Of a DNA stretch of 64,000 bases, positions 47,801 through 60,868 are shown piece by piece. The position numbers and the translations under genes were made by a program. Under the pieces are notes generated by a model. The model saw only the letters and a program-made list of their open reading frames with translations, ran no database searches and was not told where the DNA came from. Position 1 is the stretch's first letter. Each line of letters opens with the position of its first letter. The DNA lies in assembly GCA_036172245.1 (NCBI GenBank), contig JAYWIR010000005.1, forward strand, positions 434,001 to 498,000. Direction: 5' to 3'. This DNA comes from Raillietiella orientalis (Eukaryota).

Positions 47801-50800
47801 AACTGGTGCTCCTCATCCGCGAGACGAAATGCCTTAAGGATGTTCTATCCACTTGCGGAGATTCTTCCCCTTTCAAGCTCTTCGCTCTTCTCTTGTCATT
47901 TGGCAAGGTCCCCACACCCCTTCTTTCGTTCCTCTGCTGCCTTCCAGAGTCCTCCTCTTCGTCGCTGGTGGCTGGCACTCCGATGGAGCTCCGAGGCTCC
48001 AGCGACTTCCTCGTCCTCGTTCGGGTGCCTTGAATGGCAGCCTGAAGCCTCGTTCAAAGGATCTCCGGATGCCCGGATGTTGCATCCCCGGGATTTCGAG
48101 GAGAAATTCGCTTTCTCGTTGTCGGATGAATGCCGTCCGGTAGAGTGTGGGCGACTGCCTCCCGGTCGGCAAGCCGCAGAGCCAGCTGATCGGGCGCACC
48201 GAACCCAACAGTGACCTGTCCGTCCCCCGCGGCGCCTCCTCGCATATCCCACCCGCATCTTCTTTTTCCGAAGGGAACGGCTGACGAGCAGCCCGTTTGG
48301 TTCCCGGAGGAACGGACCAGCCCCTCCTTCCGGAATCTCCCCGGAAGACCTGTTCTTCGCAAGGGATCGATGGGCGCCCGCTCGACCTGAGTCCACCGGC
48401 TACCTTCTCGAGGGAACGAGGGCGGAGGATGCCAAGAGCGGCAGCAACAGCCGGGTGTGCCGACGACGTTCGGGGAGGGGGGAGGGAGATGAAAAAATCT
48501 TTCAATCGATGCGCAGCTCTTCCGAGAGATCTCCGGGTGATGAAGATACAGGAGACAGCAGGGAATCCGATTCCTTCGCAAGCATCTCTTCCCGCTGCCA
48601 GCGCCTCGGGAGCTCCGTCGCGCGCGGAGCCGGTGAGTGCCAGAGTGGCTTCCAGTGCGTCTCGCCTCGCTGGTCAGTCGGGGGAGCTTCTCTCCGCTCC
48701 GGCCGCAGACCCTTCGCCGGAGGGTCTGCAGCTCGCAAAGCGATGCCGCCACCAGGGATCACGTGCGCGCGCGGTGGCCAAATCTGTGCGCGAGCACGTT
48801 TCCTGCGCACAGAAAGCAGGGATCCGATACGCGGCTGGTTGCCGCCACCTCGTACGAACGAGCACACACTTCGCGTATACGCCATGCACAACACGAAAAT
48901 GTACGCGCAAACACAGAGATGCTCGTACACGCTGGTTTGCTGATTGCAACACACATACTCGTGCACCTACCGGTGCAAGGCAAGTGAGGCGGGGCAGGGG
49001 CGTATCTGCGTGGCTCGACTCACCCTCTTCCAGGTTTCCCCTTGGTAGCCACAGTTCGTGCAAGCACGGGGTTCCACCTTTATTGCTGTAAAAGGGAAAA
49101 GAGCAACAACCCCTTCCTTTTTTTGAATTTGCACGACTTATTTCCTCTCCCCCCCTCCCCCTTCCTCTCTCTCTCTTGGAAGGTAAACATCAATAGATGT
49201 CATTGTATTTACTCGCACCAGCATTATTAATATGCCGCGAATTGTCTGTACACACATTATATGTAATTTTCAAGTCATTATATGTAATGAGGTGTAATTA
49301 CGCCAAGCGTTGTTCGAAAGGGCAGCCCGTGGTGGTCGTTCTGCCGACCGAACAACCTGATGGCTTTCCCACCGTGCACCATGTCCTGTGCACGTGATGC
49401 TCATCCTTCTGTGTTTGTTCCACACATTCCCCATTGCCCAGAAGCGTTTCGAAATGGCATCCATGCGCCAGAAGGCGCCACACTGCGGATCAAATGAGTT
49501 GCGTGCATTCACTGATTCGCAATTTTCACGCATCCCTTCAGCACACATCAGTGCACTGATTGCTGTCGTTTTTCCCCTTTTTTTTTTTGTATTTCTTGCA
49601 GCGAACCCGTCAGTCAGCTGCAGACCAATCAGATACATCCGACACTTCGTGCATCATCCATGAACGCTCACTGTTTTAGGGAGAACAGCTCACGTAGATT
49701 GAACCAATGGCAACCACACGGGTAAGGTGCCAGAAAATGATGAATCACGAGAGGCCTCTAAGGAAGAGCAGCCATTTCGAAGCGAAATCCATAACCCCCC
49801 CCCCTCCCCTCTCCCTCCCGGCCTATCCAGAGAGAAGAAGCTCTCGGGGTGGCTCTCGCGGGATTCCGGAATTTGAAAGTGAAATGGGAACTCACGGTTC
49901 CGAGGCACGAAAACCGCACTCTTCGCCTACCCCCGCTTGCTGGTCTCACGAGCCAAGACACGAGGAAGGAAGGAAGGAACACGAGTGTCCACGAACGGGA
50001 TCAAGTAATTCGCGCACCGACGGAGGAGGGGGAGGGAGCAAACACTAAGAAAAAAAAAAAACAAAAAAACAAAAAAAAAAAAAGCTACGTACGCAGCGCA
50101 GTGCGGAGAAAGAGTGGCTTCCAGCGAACCGGGAGCTCAACGACCGACTGGCGCGTGGATGCTGATGCCGCCTGCCTCACCGTATCCTGTCGGGGTCATC
50201 GGGAAGAGCCACCGCCGCCGTGAGGAGCCAACACCTCCTCCCACACAGCGAACGCGTCGGCGAGGCACTGCCGCAGCACTCGTGTTGTGCCGCCCCCACG
50301 TGAAGAAAGCTATTTTGAAAACCACGCTGCCGGGAGCGCGGTACGCGCTGCTGCCCCGTCCCTATCGATTTTGGCAAACTAGGAAGCACACGTTCCGCTG
50401 CGCTCCCGTGCAGGTTCAGCCTGCTGGTTACTTCCCATGCGTGCCAGGGAACTGCTTTTCCTCCTTTCTCCCTGCACACAAGAAGGCAACCGCGTGTTTT
50501 CCCGGGCTGGATGCGCGCCCTCGTACTGCTCCATTTTTGTCCCCCTCCCCTCCCCTCTCCCCCCTTCTTCGTTTCCTTCCTTTTCTCCTCCGATTATCCA
50601 CCGAGCTTTTCCCGCTGTGAATCGGAAGTGCTCAGGTTCGTGCCTCGAGGCTGCGCCAGTGTAGGGAAGGTCGCGCGGAACACGTGGCGGAGAGGGAGAC
50701 GGAAGATTTTATCATAGCATGAAAGCTTGTCCCGTAACGAACTTCCGAAAGAACTTTTCAGGGTTCGGGGTAGTCACCTTATTCGTCTTCTGCACGCACT

Positions 50801-53800
50801 GCTAACCATCCGGGGGGTCGCCCGGGTGGCACCCGGTATCCGAGATCGACTTCGCTTCCGCGCGCGTTCCTGCAGATCCAATCGACCCCCACGCGTCCCT
50901 AGTTCCCGGGCAATATTCAGGGAAACGTCCCGCTCGGCGCATGCAGGCAGGTCACCACCGCCGAGGCTGGAACCAAATTCCTCGCAGTCTCAGAGCTGGC
51001 GCTCTGCCTCAAACCTTCAGTGTGCTCTGCGGCCGATGCACCGGAATGCACTCTTCGCCGCCACCCGATTTTCGGCTCTTGGCCGGAGCGTGGTCCAGGA
51101 TGGGTGGCGAAGAGAAGATCGACCATGCCTTCTCCATCTTTCCTCTGCAGCGGTGGAGATGCAAGCTGCCCTTTGCGATGGGACTGGTGGAGGTACCTTG
51201 CCGCTGCATGAACCGGCGAGGAGATGCCCTCCGGGAGTGGAAAAGCGTCTGCAGGTTCCAGCAGAGAGGCGCACTCATAAATCCCCGGCTCCGGAAAAAT
51301 AAGAAGCGGGAAGGGTCGGCCCCCCACGAGAGGCACTGGCTCCCTCTTGGTGTGGGTACCTTCGAATGAGGCTTTCCCGTCGCCAAGGTCGCGCTCGCAT
51401 CCCCGACGCGTCAATCTTCTCCCCGGTCGGCCGCGTTGTGCGGATCAATCGCCCTCCATTGCGATGCAACCTCGACCTCCTGCCGCAAGCGGTCTCGTGG
51501 CGACTGAGCCACAGAGGGCGTGATCTGACTCTTAGCTGCCGAGTTGGCACGCGAAGACTCGCACGTTTCCTCTCTTGGAGATGCATCACGAAGCGCTGCG
51601 CGCTGCGTGACGTATAAAGAAGAGCCGCTTCCGACTGAAGAGTCCGACCCCCGGGGTGCCGTGACGCCCTTCCCGATACCACCTCCAGCGGGAGTCAGCT
51701 AACCCTCGACCGCGGAGGAACCTGATGGCCGCGTTCCCGGCTCACCAGGGAGGGAACGGAGAGTAGGCAGTAGGAAGGATGAACGCAGAGAGAGCGTTGC
51801 AGCCCAGAGGGCGAGAGTCTCCGGGCTGGACTTGGTTTCGGCGCGGCGAGAGCTCCCGAGGCCGAATCTCTTGGATCCTCTCGACTGCGGGGTCCAGTCT
51901 TCAGGTACTGCCGCCTTGCTTGCAAATCGATCGGTCTATGATCGCTTCCGAGAGCCTGCGCGCTTGCATGACCTTTTCCCCTGCAGGTGGCGTGCAGGAG
52001 CGCCCCACGGCGGGAGATAACGGGTGCGGAAGAGCAGCCGCTCCGACTTTGCGGCGGTGCACACCTCCATGTCCCTGCGACCCGCGCGCCACCTCCCGAG
52101 ATCTCCTTGACCCACGACTCGAAGCCGACCCCGGTTTCGAGCATCTTCAGGTGCCCGCTCCCGCCTTCCTGCCTCCTTCCCCAAAGGACCTTTGCTGAGG
52201 TCTGCGGGGGCGTTGGAGAGGTCGGGGTCTTCCTCTTTTGGGTCCTTCCTTCCACCCCTCGCCGCGGGGGTGCCAGGAGACGCGCGCTATCCTCTCCTTC
52301 CCGTTACTTCTCGTGGGCTTCTGCACTGCCACTGCGCAGACGCTCCACGCTGCAGCTCCCGCATCCTGTCCGTAGGACGGGGTGAGGGGGACGGACCGCT
52401 CCAGCGAGGCATCCTGAGGTTAGTTCTTCCTTGCTCCATCCCGAGGGCAGCGATCTCCCCTTCGACTCTGGGTCGGGCGGGGTCGCCCTTCCTTCCACAT
52501 CTCGTCCGCCGCGCAGCGATGTTGGCCCTTCCTCCCCAGCCGCTGCCGCCGTCGCCGTTGAGAGTGCTAGCTGCTGCCTCCACGCAAAGATGCCGGAGTC
52601 TGGGCGGAGTCCATCCCGGTCATGACGACCCTACCGGAAATCCGAATACAGGGAAGGCTCTCCCCCCTCTCTTGCTGGGAGGACCGATGGTCGAGACGGC
52701 CTAGAGCCAGATTGCCGCGCGGCTCCAGGGGAGGGTCCTTACCCCGTGAAGCAAGTGCGCCGGTGGGAAGTGGAGGTGCTGACGACGTTCAGGGTAGAAA
52801 GAAAGTCTCGGGGAGCGGCCAATGCACTCGCGCGCGCCTCGGAAGTCCGCAGAACCCACCCGAACTGTCTTGGGGTGGAGGATAAGGAGGGATGGGAGTT
52901 GTCTCGTTCGGAGTACGCTCGCGAAGGTGGATTTGTAGCTGCCGCTCGCGGTCGGCGGGAGGGCAGCTCGGCGCGAGGCGCCAGGGGAGGTGGCGCGTAA
53001 CAAGCCCAACTCACCAGTGGGGCCGGCCTTCACCTGGAAGGGGCATCACCCGCCCGCCCTCGTCCTCACTTGACCTCGGTCGCCCGCCTCCGTTGCTGCC
53101 GAGATGGAAGTTGCGAAGGCTGAATCAAGATGTTCGCCGGCACGTGGGTGGGCGAGGCCCACCGAGCAGGACCAACCGAGGAAGCGATCCTTCACCTCAC
53201 CCCAGCATGCAAGCTGGAGAACGAGGAGAGCTCTGATGATCTGATGATGGTCTGCACGTGTACGGGGCGAGTTCACCGTGAGGGTCACTTGATCCAGACG
53301 GGCGAGGCAGGTCGCGGTCAGGTGGGTCGGTGAAGGTGAACGGGCTGGGGATTGTGAACACAAGGACAAGACACCTGAGATCTTTTCGCGTTGTGGTGAA
53401 TTTCCCTTTTGGGGCGTTCGGCTATAGAAAGGGTCATTCTGTGGGGCGGGGTGAGGGGGGATCAAAGGAGGTCGGTTGCTTATGGGTATGGAAATGCTGA
53501 GGAGGAGGTCGAGGAGGATGCGGTGGTCTAGGAAACACCCCTGTCACCCGATGCGACATCCACAATGGCGCCTTTGAGAGGGAAGGAGAACACGCATCTA
53601 CTTACGAATGCCTCAGAATGTGTGGAATGTTAGTGTTGGTACGGTTTCGTGGCGCACAGCAGCAAATCAATCAACACTGAACTGTTGGCGAGGTGGATTT
53701 AGGGCGCTGGGCCGTAAGGGCAGACCTCCCTGTTTAATTTTGGGGGAAGTGGTAGCAGCACTGGATTTCCGAGCTCGAATTTCTGCACGGCTTCGTCAAC

Positions 53801-54699
53801 AAAGTCCGTCGGAAATAATATTGAAAAAAACACGGAAGTGACGAATTAATTTTCCACCCCGAGTTAATTTTAAAACATCCGCGAACGATTTGAGCGCCGT
53901 TGAGGAAGAGCAGCCCGCGTTACCATGGCGCAGGTGTTTTATTGCAAGAAAATGTTGCGTGCTTTTTCTTCAAATAAAACTCTTTTCGAACATCTGCAAA
54001 ATATTCTGTGATGGGGTGAGGATCCATGGAAAACGTGAAAGAAAAGCAAAAACAAAAACAGACAAAAGGCAGCAGTTCCCTCGAAACTCGGGAAACGAAC
54101 ACAAACACTCACGAAAACACGAAAGCAGGGTTCCCCGAACTCTTCCCGCAACGGAACACCTCGCGAATCCTGAACCTTCCAACGGAACACCTCGGTCATT
54201 TTATAGGGTAGGTAAGTGTTAATAATAAATAAATCGAGCAAGTAAATATAAAAGTTACGAAAACAAAGCAAGTATTCATTCTCGAATTTTAATGTATGTA
54301 AGGTTTTCACAATTTTTCACGGAACACTTTCCGCCGAATACAATCTGGGAAAAAAACGCAGAACGAAAGAATGATGGCCAAAAATTCGTCTAAAGACTCA
54401 TTTAGACGTCCCTACCCACGAAATTCTTTAGCAAGAAAAAAAGAATGATGGCAATTTGATTTTGGCAATTGCTTTCGCGAATTACATGTACATGTGTAAT
54501 ATAACGATTAATTAAAGTAAAATGGATTGATTATGTAATGGAAAGCATCGATCATGATTTCCGATCATTTAGTAGTTGTATAGCTGATTTATTCTATTCG
54601 AGGTGTATCGTGACCGATGAGTGATGGTATGGTACTTTGGGATTTGCAGAGCAGAACTTTATCATCGGGTTGACGAAGGAGAATCTAGGAATGCGGTTT

Positions 54700-54940
54700 G
54701 AATGGGAAGGGACCATATAGTGGTCACATAATGCCTTCGGACGTTTTCCAACAAATGATTCATGCCGGATCCTCAGATCAGTGGCAGACTCGGTGACGGC
54801 GACGAAGTGGTCACAGGAAGCGAGTGGGAAGAGGAAAAGACTGGATCCGGGTGAGATCATGGCCAGTTTGAAAATCGACGACTGAGAAGGATGGTGGCAG
54901 CAGTGCAGGACCGGATTGGATGGAGAATGCGGAAGAGGAG
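54700..54940 (+). mobile_element. Possible RTE-clade LINE 3' remnant
   Basis: Degenerate pieces SGHI, SGKRKR and AVQDRIGWR (54900-54926) resemble the RTE C-terminal GH..R, GKR.RGRP and A.DR..WR motifs. Confidence 0.4.
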
Positions 54941-55009
54941 CTTTCAGGTTTCCGATCTGGCACCCATCCAAAAGGGGGAGGAGAGATATGGGCTCAGAGA
55001 CTACCACGA

Positions 55010-55260
55010 ATCCGCATCTCGTCGTCTGTTAGAAACCCGCGTGTGCTGATATCCAATGGACTAACAGCCTCCATGTGGAATTCATGTATCCATCCATACA
55101 TCCTATGAGGTTTGTGATTCCCTCACCGGCGTCCACCTCATCCACCTGACCCTAGTTATTCTCTGTCTTCTTCCAACGCCATATGTGCCATTCTTGCGCC
55201 CCTATTATCAGTCTTGCCATCTTGGTTACTACTCAGCCAGTAACCGGACTCATTTTTCCG
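55010..55260 (-). mobile_element. Degenerate RNase H-like fragment of a non-LTR retrotransposon
   Basis: Minus-strand LVHWISAHAG (about 55035-55064), followed by a frameshifted GNE.AD-like relic, matches the RNase HI W.P.H.G..GNE.AD motif. Confidence 0.5.
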
Positions 55261-57279
55261 TGACCGACGACACCAATTCCTCAATCACCTCCGCACCCAC
55301 CGCGGCTCCACAAAAAAGAAAAAAAAAAGAAAATTCGAAAATTAGTAATCAAAATTCCTGGATTTCCTCCCCAACCGCCTGCGCCCTCTCCCGTAAAGAG
55401 GCCACCCTGGGGTTCCGTATGCATATCGAAGGCCAGCGTCCACACCGTTGCGCGGCTGGGAACGAACTGTCCCGAAGGGCTGGGATGTCTCTGAGGCAGG
55501 GTACAGGTGAGTACACTCGGGAACTGGCCCTTGCGCGGGGTGGTGGTGATCACCAGCTACGTGCTCCGAGCATGCGAAAGGAAGTCCCCAGCTGCCTTTT
55601 CTCCCCACGAAGCGTTGCCATCCCTCTTGGAGATCCTCGTGACTGGGGACCGAATGCACCACCACCTGGCGGTGCTACTCGCCGGCGAAGATCCGATCGA
55701 AGGATGAGATCAGGAGGAACCACCGATTCCGACGTGGCCAAGGGCTGCTGGCGGTTCGGTCCGAACTTCCCCACGAGAACCCATGAGGTCAAGGGCACCT
55801 CGCCTGCTCTGATTACCTCACCTAATCCTGCTCTGGGACCGCGTGACTCCTCCTCCGCCGCAGCAGCTGGACGGAGGACGGCCTCTGAGTTTCCTCTCTC
55901 CGCCGCGATGCGGATGGCATCCGAAAATCATTTGGAGGGATCTCCAGGAAGAGCCTACAATCGGTCAGACGCTAGCGGTGGGCAGCTGCTCAAGCGTAAC
56001 GGAGAGGAACATTCCCAGGACGTCAAGGTTCATCCCAGGGAGCATAGTCGCGTGGATGACCTTCCAGTGTCCTCTTCGGCCTTCGTTTGGCTCCTGTTCG
56101 GAAAGGGTCGGTTTCTGTTCGGAACGCCCTCGGTCGATCGTCTTCGAAAGGATCGTGCCATGCACTCGAGATCACGGCGGAGTGGGGTCCTGTAAGGAGC
56201 CTCTCGTCTCCGTGGTAACCGCCCCGTTTCGGCTCCTTGAAGGATTCAGGCAAGAGCAGCAGTGGGTGCAGGTGAGTCTCTCTCAGATGCTAGCAGCTGC
56301 TGCTGCTCGCGACCCCCGTGATCGCGCTTCTTGGTCCCCACCGCGGAGGCGAGCATCGAAATGCACACTGAGACCGGAAGCGTTTCCGGTTCACTCGGCA
56401 TCCAATAGTGTCCCCCCCCCTCCCCGGCGAAACAGTCGCGCTCCGAGAGGGGAGGGCCGTCTCCATAGCCACGCCCTCACCCCGCATCCTCTGTACCTTC
56501 CTCTTTGCCCGGCGCTCGCGAGGAAGCCGAGATTCGAACGCGACGAGCGTCTCGCCTTTCATTCGAATCCCCGCCTCCTCGTCGCTCTTGTCGAGTTGCT
56601 TCGACTTCAAAGGGAGGCCAAGAAATGGTGGTCTCTCCTAAATGGACAAACAAAAAGGAAAGATGCAAAAGGCAGACACAGGCGGAGGAAATGCGGAGCA
56701 CTGTGGGCGAGGTGCTGCTTCGTCCTTCGCCATTTCCTCTTGCGGGGAGGTGGCAGTCGCCAAGGACCGTCCATCTGCACTGCGGACTCACGGAGCGTCT
56801 CCGTTGGCTTCCGTAGCGAGGCTGACCCCCTACTAAGAGCTCCAAAGTGCAGAATTATCAGCTGAATCTTTTTTCCTCGCCTTCTTTCCCTGTCCCCTGT
56901 TCCCTTGTTCTATCCTGCCCCCTCTCCTTCCTCATCGGCAAGGCAGTCGTCGCTCCTCCTCAGCTGGCGTCCAGCTTCCCCTAACAGGTCCGCAGGAGGG
57001 CGGATCGGGCTCATCCCAGGACCTCATCATCGGCAAGCAGTATCTAGGGAAGCGCTAGAATCTTCTGAGTGGTAGTCCGACGCTTCCTTAGAGACCGCGT
57101 AGCGGGAGGCGCCGGCCGGAAGCTCGAAATGGCGTCTGCTGTCAGCCCTTCTGCGCAGGTAGACAGCGCATCCCTGCTCGGGAACGTAGGCGTTCCAGTC
57201 GTCACCGCCACGGCACGGCGTGTCAGACGGGAAAGGTCCCAACTGACGCCGCACCTCGCTTAAGTGAACCCAACTCATC

Positions 57280-57920
57280 TCACCTTCACCTATCCTTCCC
57301 AGTCATCACCTAACCTCCTATACCACCACCTACCTAACCAACCTAATCTAACCTACCTAAAGCACCCTAGGTAACCTACTCTCCAACTTACCAGCCATAC
57401 TTCACCAACTCTTAGTGACCTACGACCCAGATCAAACCATTTTACGCTACCTACAATGCCTACCAGCTAACCTATACCTACCCGCAGTAGACCTTCAACC
57501 ATATCTAACGTTCTACACAACTAACTACCCCAACCCACCCCAGTCCAAACAAACCCATCAGTCCGGTACACTTAAACCAACTCACCCTACCATTCCTCTG
57601 CCACTATTTTACCTACCACCGCAGCCTACCCGACCTCGCCTACGCACCCCCGCCACCCAACTTACCCTACTCTACCTAACCTGACTTAATCTGTGATGTG
57701 ATCTACCTTAACCACCCTTCTGAACTCTGTCTCACCAACGATCGAACTAATTGCCCTATCCCACATAACTTACATACCTAAGTAATCTGCGACCCACCCT
57801 TCCTTCTAGCTTTCCTACCCTACTTGCCTGGCCTACTATAGTAGGTAGAGCAATTTCCCCAACTAACCCCAATTGCCTATCCTAATCCATTGATGATCCG
57901 AGTCACTAGCTGTCCTCCCC
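57280..57920. repeat. Strand-skewed C/A-rich low-complexity tract with degenerate CCTAA/ACCT units
   Basis: G is scarce on the + strand; recurring cctaac, cctacc and ctaacc words. Confidence 0.75.
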
Positions 57921-60868
57921 ACTGACTTCACCCAGCTCAGTGTACTCACCCTGGAGCTCCGGGACGTTTCTTCCCCTGCATCTGTGGAATGAGGAGATGC
58001 CTTCGGGCGATCTCCTCATCTCGCCCATCCGGGGGCCACGCGATGCGGCGGCTCGCCGGTCGCTCCAGGCCTACCTCCCCCCTCTTGTGCTACCGGGAGC
58101 CGTCGCAGAGGTGTCTCCGAGCGCCTCTGAGGTTGCAGAGCAAGTTCCTCGAAGGCCTCCCCTCCTCCTCCCTGGCAACATCTCTTTCAGACCCTGGGGG
58201 CGCATCCGTGAGACGCCCCCTCCGCCGTGATGGCCCTCCTCCTCGGATGGGCTGGGTGATCGTCCCCGGTGGGAAGAAGGGGAAATAGGAAGATGGGGAT
58301 GGGCAGTACGAATGACCCCCGAGGTGGTGAAGAAGATCACAGGAACGTGGAAGGGGTGGGTCTCCGGGGAAGGAAGAAGAGAGCAAGTTAGGCGGTCCAT
58401 CCCGACTACGAGACACCAGGATTCCTGGAAGGGAAAACGGCGGCGGAGGTGGGAGGGAGGGAACAGAGGGGAGGGCGAGAGACCTTGCGACTGTTTCCTG
58501 GCGAAACCCTCCCCCAGGGAAGCGAGCAAGACCCACATTGGCCTGTTGGGATCCGAGGAAACCCCAGGGTCGCCATCCTGACCCGAAGCCGCTTACGGAG
58601 TCCGCCTTCCATCTCTCGATCTCTGTAGGGACACTCATGGAGGGGTCACGGATTGCAGGCAGCGGACGACCTCATCCTTTTCGTGTCCTCTCGCTGTACC
58701 GGAAATCTCCTCAGGGACTCTCTCCTTCGGCGATAGACGTCCTCCTGTAACGGGACCTAGGCGTCCTTCCGTTGCCAACCTGTCCCGGTTGGAAGTTCTT
58801 TGGGAGGGGCACTGGGCGGGACGACATCCGGTCGCCTGTTTCTCCCCCCTCCCCTCCCTACTCGCCGCCGCCTCCCGGACCGCCCCAGTCGGCAGTCATC
58901 TTGCGGTCCCTGCAAAGCGATCATTTCGGAAGGACCCTGACTTTCAGCGACTGCTTTCCAGGTGTCGATGGGGTCTGAGCACTTCCGGGAACGGAGGTTC
59001 TTGACTTCTCAAAGTGATCTTCAGCCGCATTCCACCCTCCGCTCTGACCGCAGTCCGCCTCCTAAAGTGACGGCCTTGTGAAGGTCGCTCTCCCTCCTGC
59101 TTGGCAAGAAACGACCGACAGAACGCTTCTTACGATTTCTTGAATGCGAAACTCGGCTTCTGTCTGGAATCCGTCTCCAGACAAAACGGTGACTCCTTCA
59201 GCTCGTTTCCCTTTGGAGGTGCTGTGCTCGAGTCTCGAACCATCGAAAGAAAACGAAAAACAAATCCGGGAAGATTGCAGCTTCTTTCAAGAGGCAGGGT
59301 GCAGAAGCGAGTGCACGAGAAGCTGCTTGCGGATGAAGTAAGTTCGTTCAAGGAACTGTGTGATTGATCATGCAGAAATGTTTTGAGCGCACCAAGTTTC
59401 CACTAAAGAAATCAGCCAAGGGAGCAGAAGCAGAAAACGTTCTCTTAAATATTCGAATCACGACGAGATACGATGGAAAAAAAAAAAAAACAGCGAGTGG
59501 AAGTACTTGGTTTGAACTCAAAAACCTATACCGATGATGTAGCAAAGTAAAGCCAGTGTTTTTTTAAAAAAGCCACACATTACATAAGGATGAATAGAAC
59601 AAAATTAATTTCTCCATTATTAAGTTAAAATCCAATTCTTACATTAAGGAAACCAAATAACCAATGAATCTTCATCAGTAATGCAGAGAGCATTTTTTGT
59701 TGCAAATATGAAAAAAAAAAGTAAGAGGGGCAGTTTACAGCAATCGGGATATTCTACGTTATTTAATGAGAGAAAAAAATTCTTAAGAAAAACCGTTAAC
59801 TTTTGAGGATAATGGTTTTTTTTTAAAAAAAAAAAAAATTTTCTAATTTCAATATCTCGATACTAGGTACTCTTTCGGATTGATTTGCTATTTGAAAACT
59901 AGAGCAATTTTTTTTTTGACAATCCTATGAAGCAGAAGGAAACTAAAAGATGCAAATGCTTATGCCTATTATTCCTGATTAAATTTTCCATTAGAACACC
60001 AAAAGAAACATGTGAAAAACTTCTAGGACAATATTCTTGGCCTAGATCATTGAAATCTTTTAGTCTTTTTATGTCATTAGATAAAACCATTTTATTTGTA
60101 CACATAGATTTAATTAAAGATTCAACCAATTTTTTTTTGTGTGCTACATATAAAATCAAAATACTCTTCACATAGCCATTGACCAGATGTGACTTATTTA
60201 GTTCTTATTCACTTATTCAGTTCAATTTTTAACAAAAGTCAATTACTTTGACATGTAAATTGAAAAAACTTCCATGGCAAAGTAATAGACTTTTGTTAAA
60301 AATTTAAGGCAATAAAATGCATCCATATTATGCGTACAGTTTCGTTTCAGTGGATAATAATTATAAAGGTATTTTTCATGTAAATCGAAAGGAAAGTAAA
60401 AACTTCACTTAATGACACTCATTTATGGACAACTGTCATAGGTTTCTCAGATTTAAAGTACTTTCTTGTAATATTTGTTATTCTTTTATCAATGTTGGAC
60501 TTTTCAAAACTGGTAATCCTGAGCGTGTGAAAATTTTAAATTGTTATGGTGTCTTGACCTGTTGAATTTGTTAAAGAAAAACAAGGTCGTAGTTATGCTA
60601 CAGTTCAACATTACAGCAGAAAGGTTCAGAATGCTGGAAAGGCTCAAACACGTGTTAATCATTGGCAGCCGAAATATTTTCCGCAATATATAACATCAGA
60701 TCCATGAATGCTTAGGCAGATTTCAAAACCTGTATTTGGATGTATTAGTTCTCAGCAGTTAAAATAAATGGTTTTGTGAATACATAGTTAAATTTCATCA
60801 AGGTTTTCTACACTTTTCTAGATGAAATTTGAATTTACCATCCTGGAATTCTTTTTATTAGCAATAAC

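Noticed and set aside
55185..56865. 336-aa and 340-aa plus-strand ORFs
   Set aside because: Low-information R/S/P-rich translations among degenerate retroelement relics; no domain or coherent splicing.
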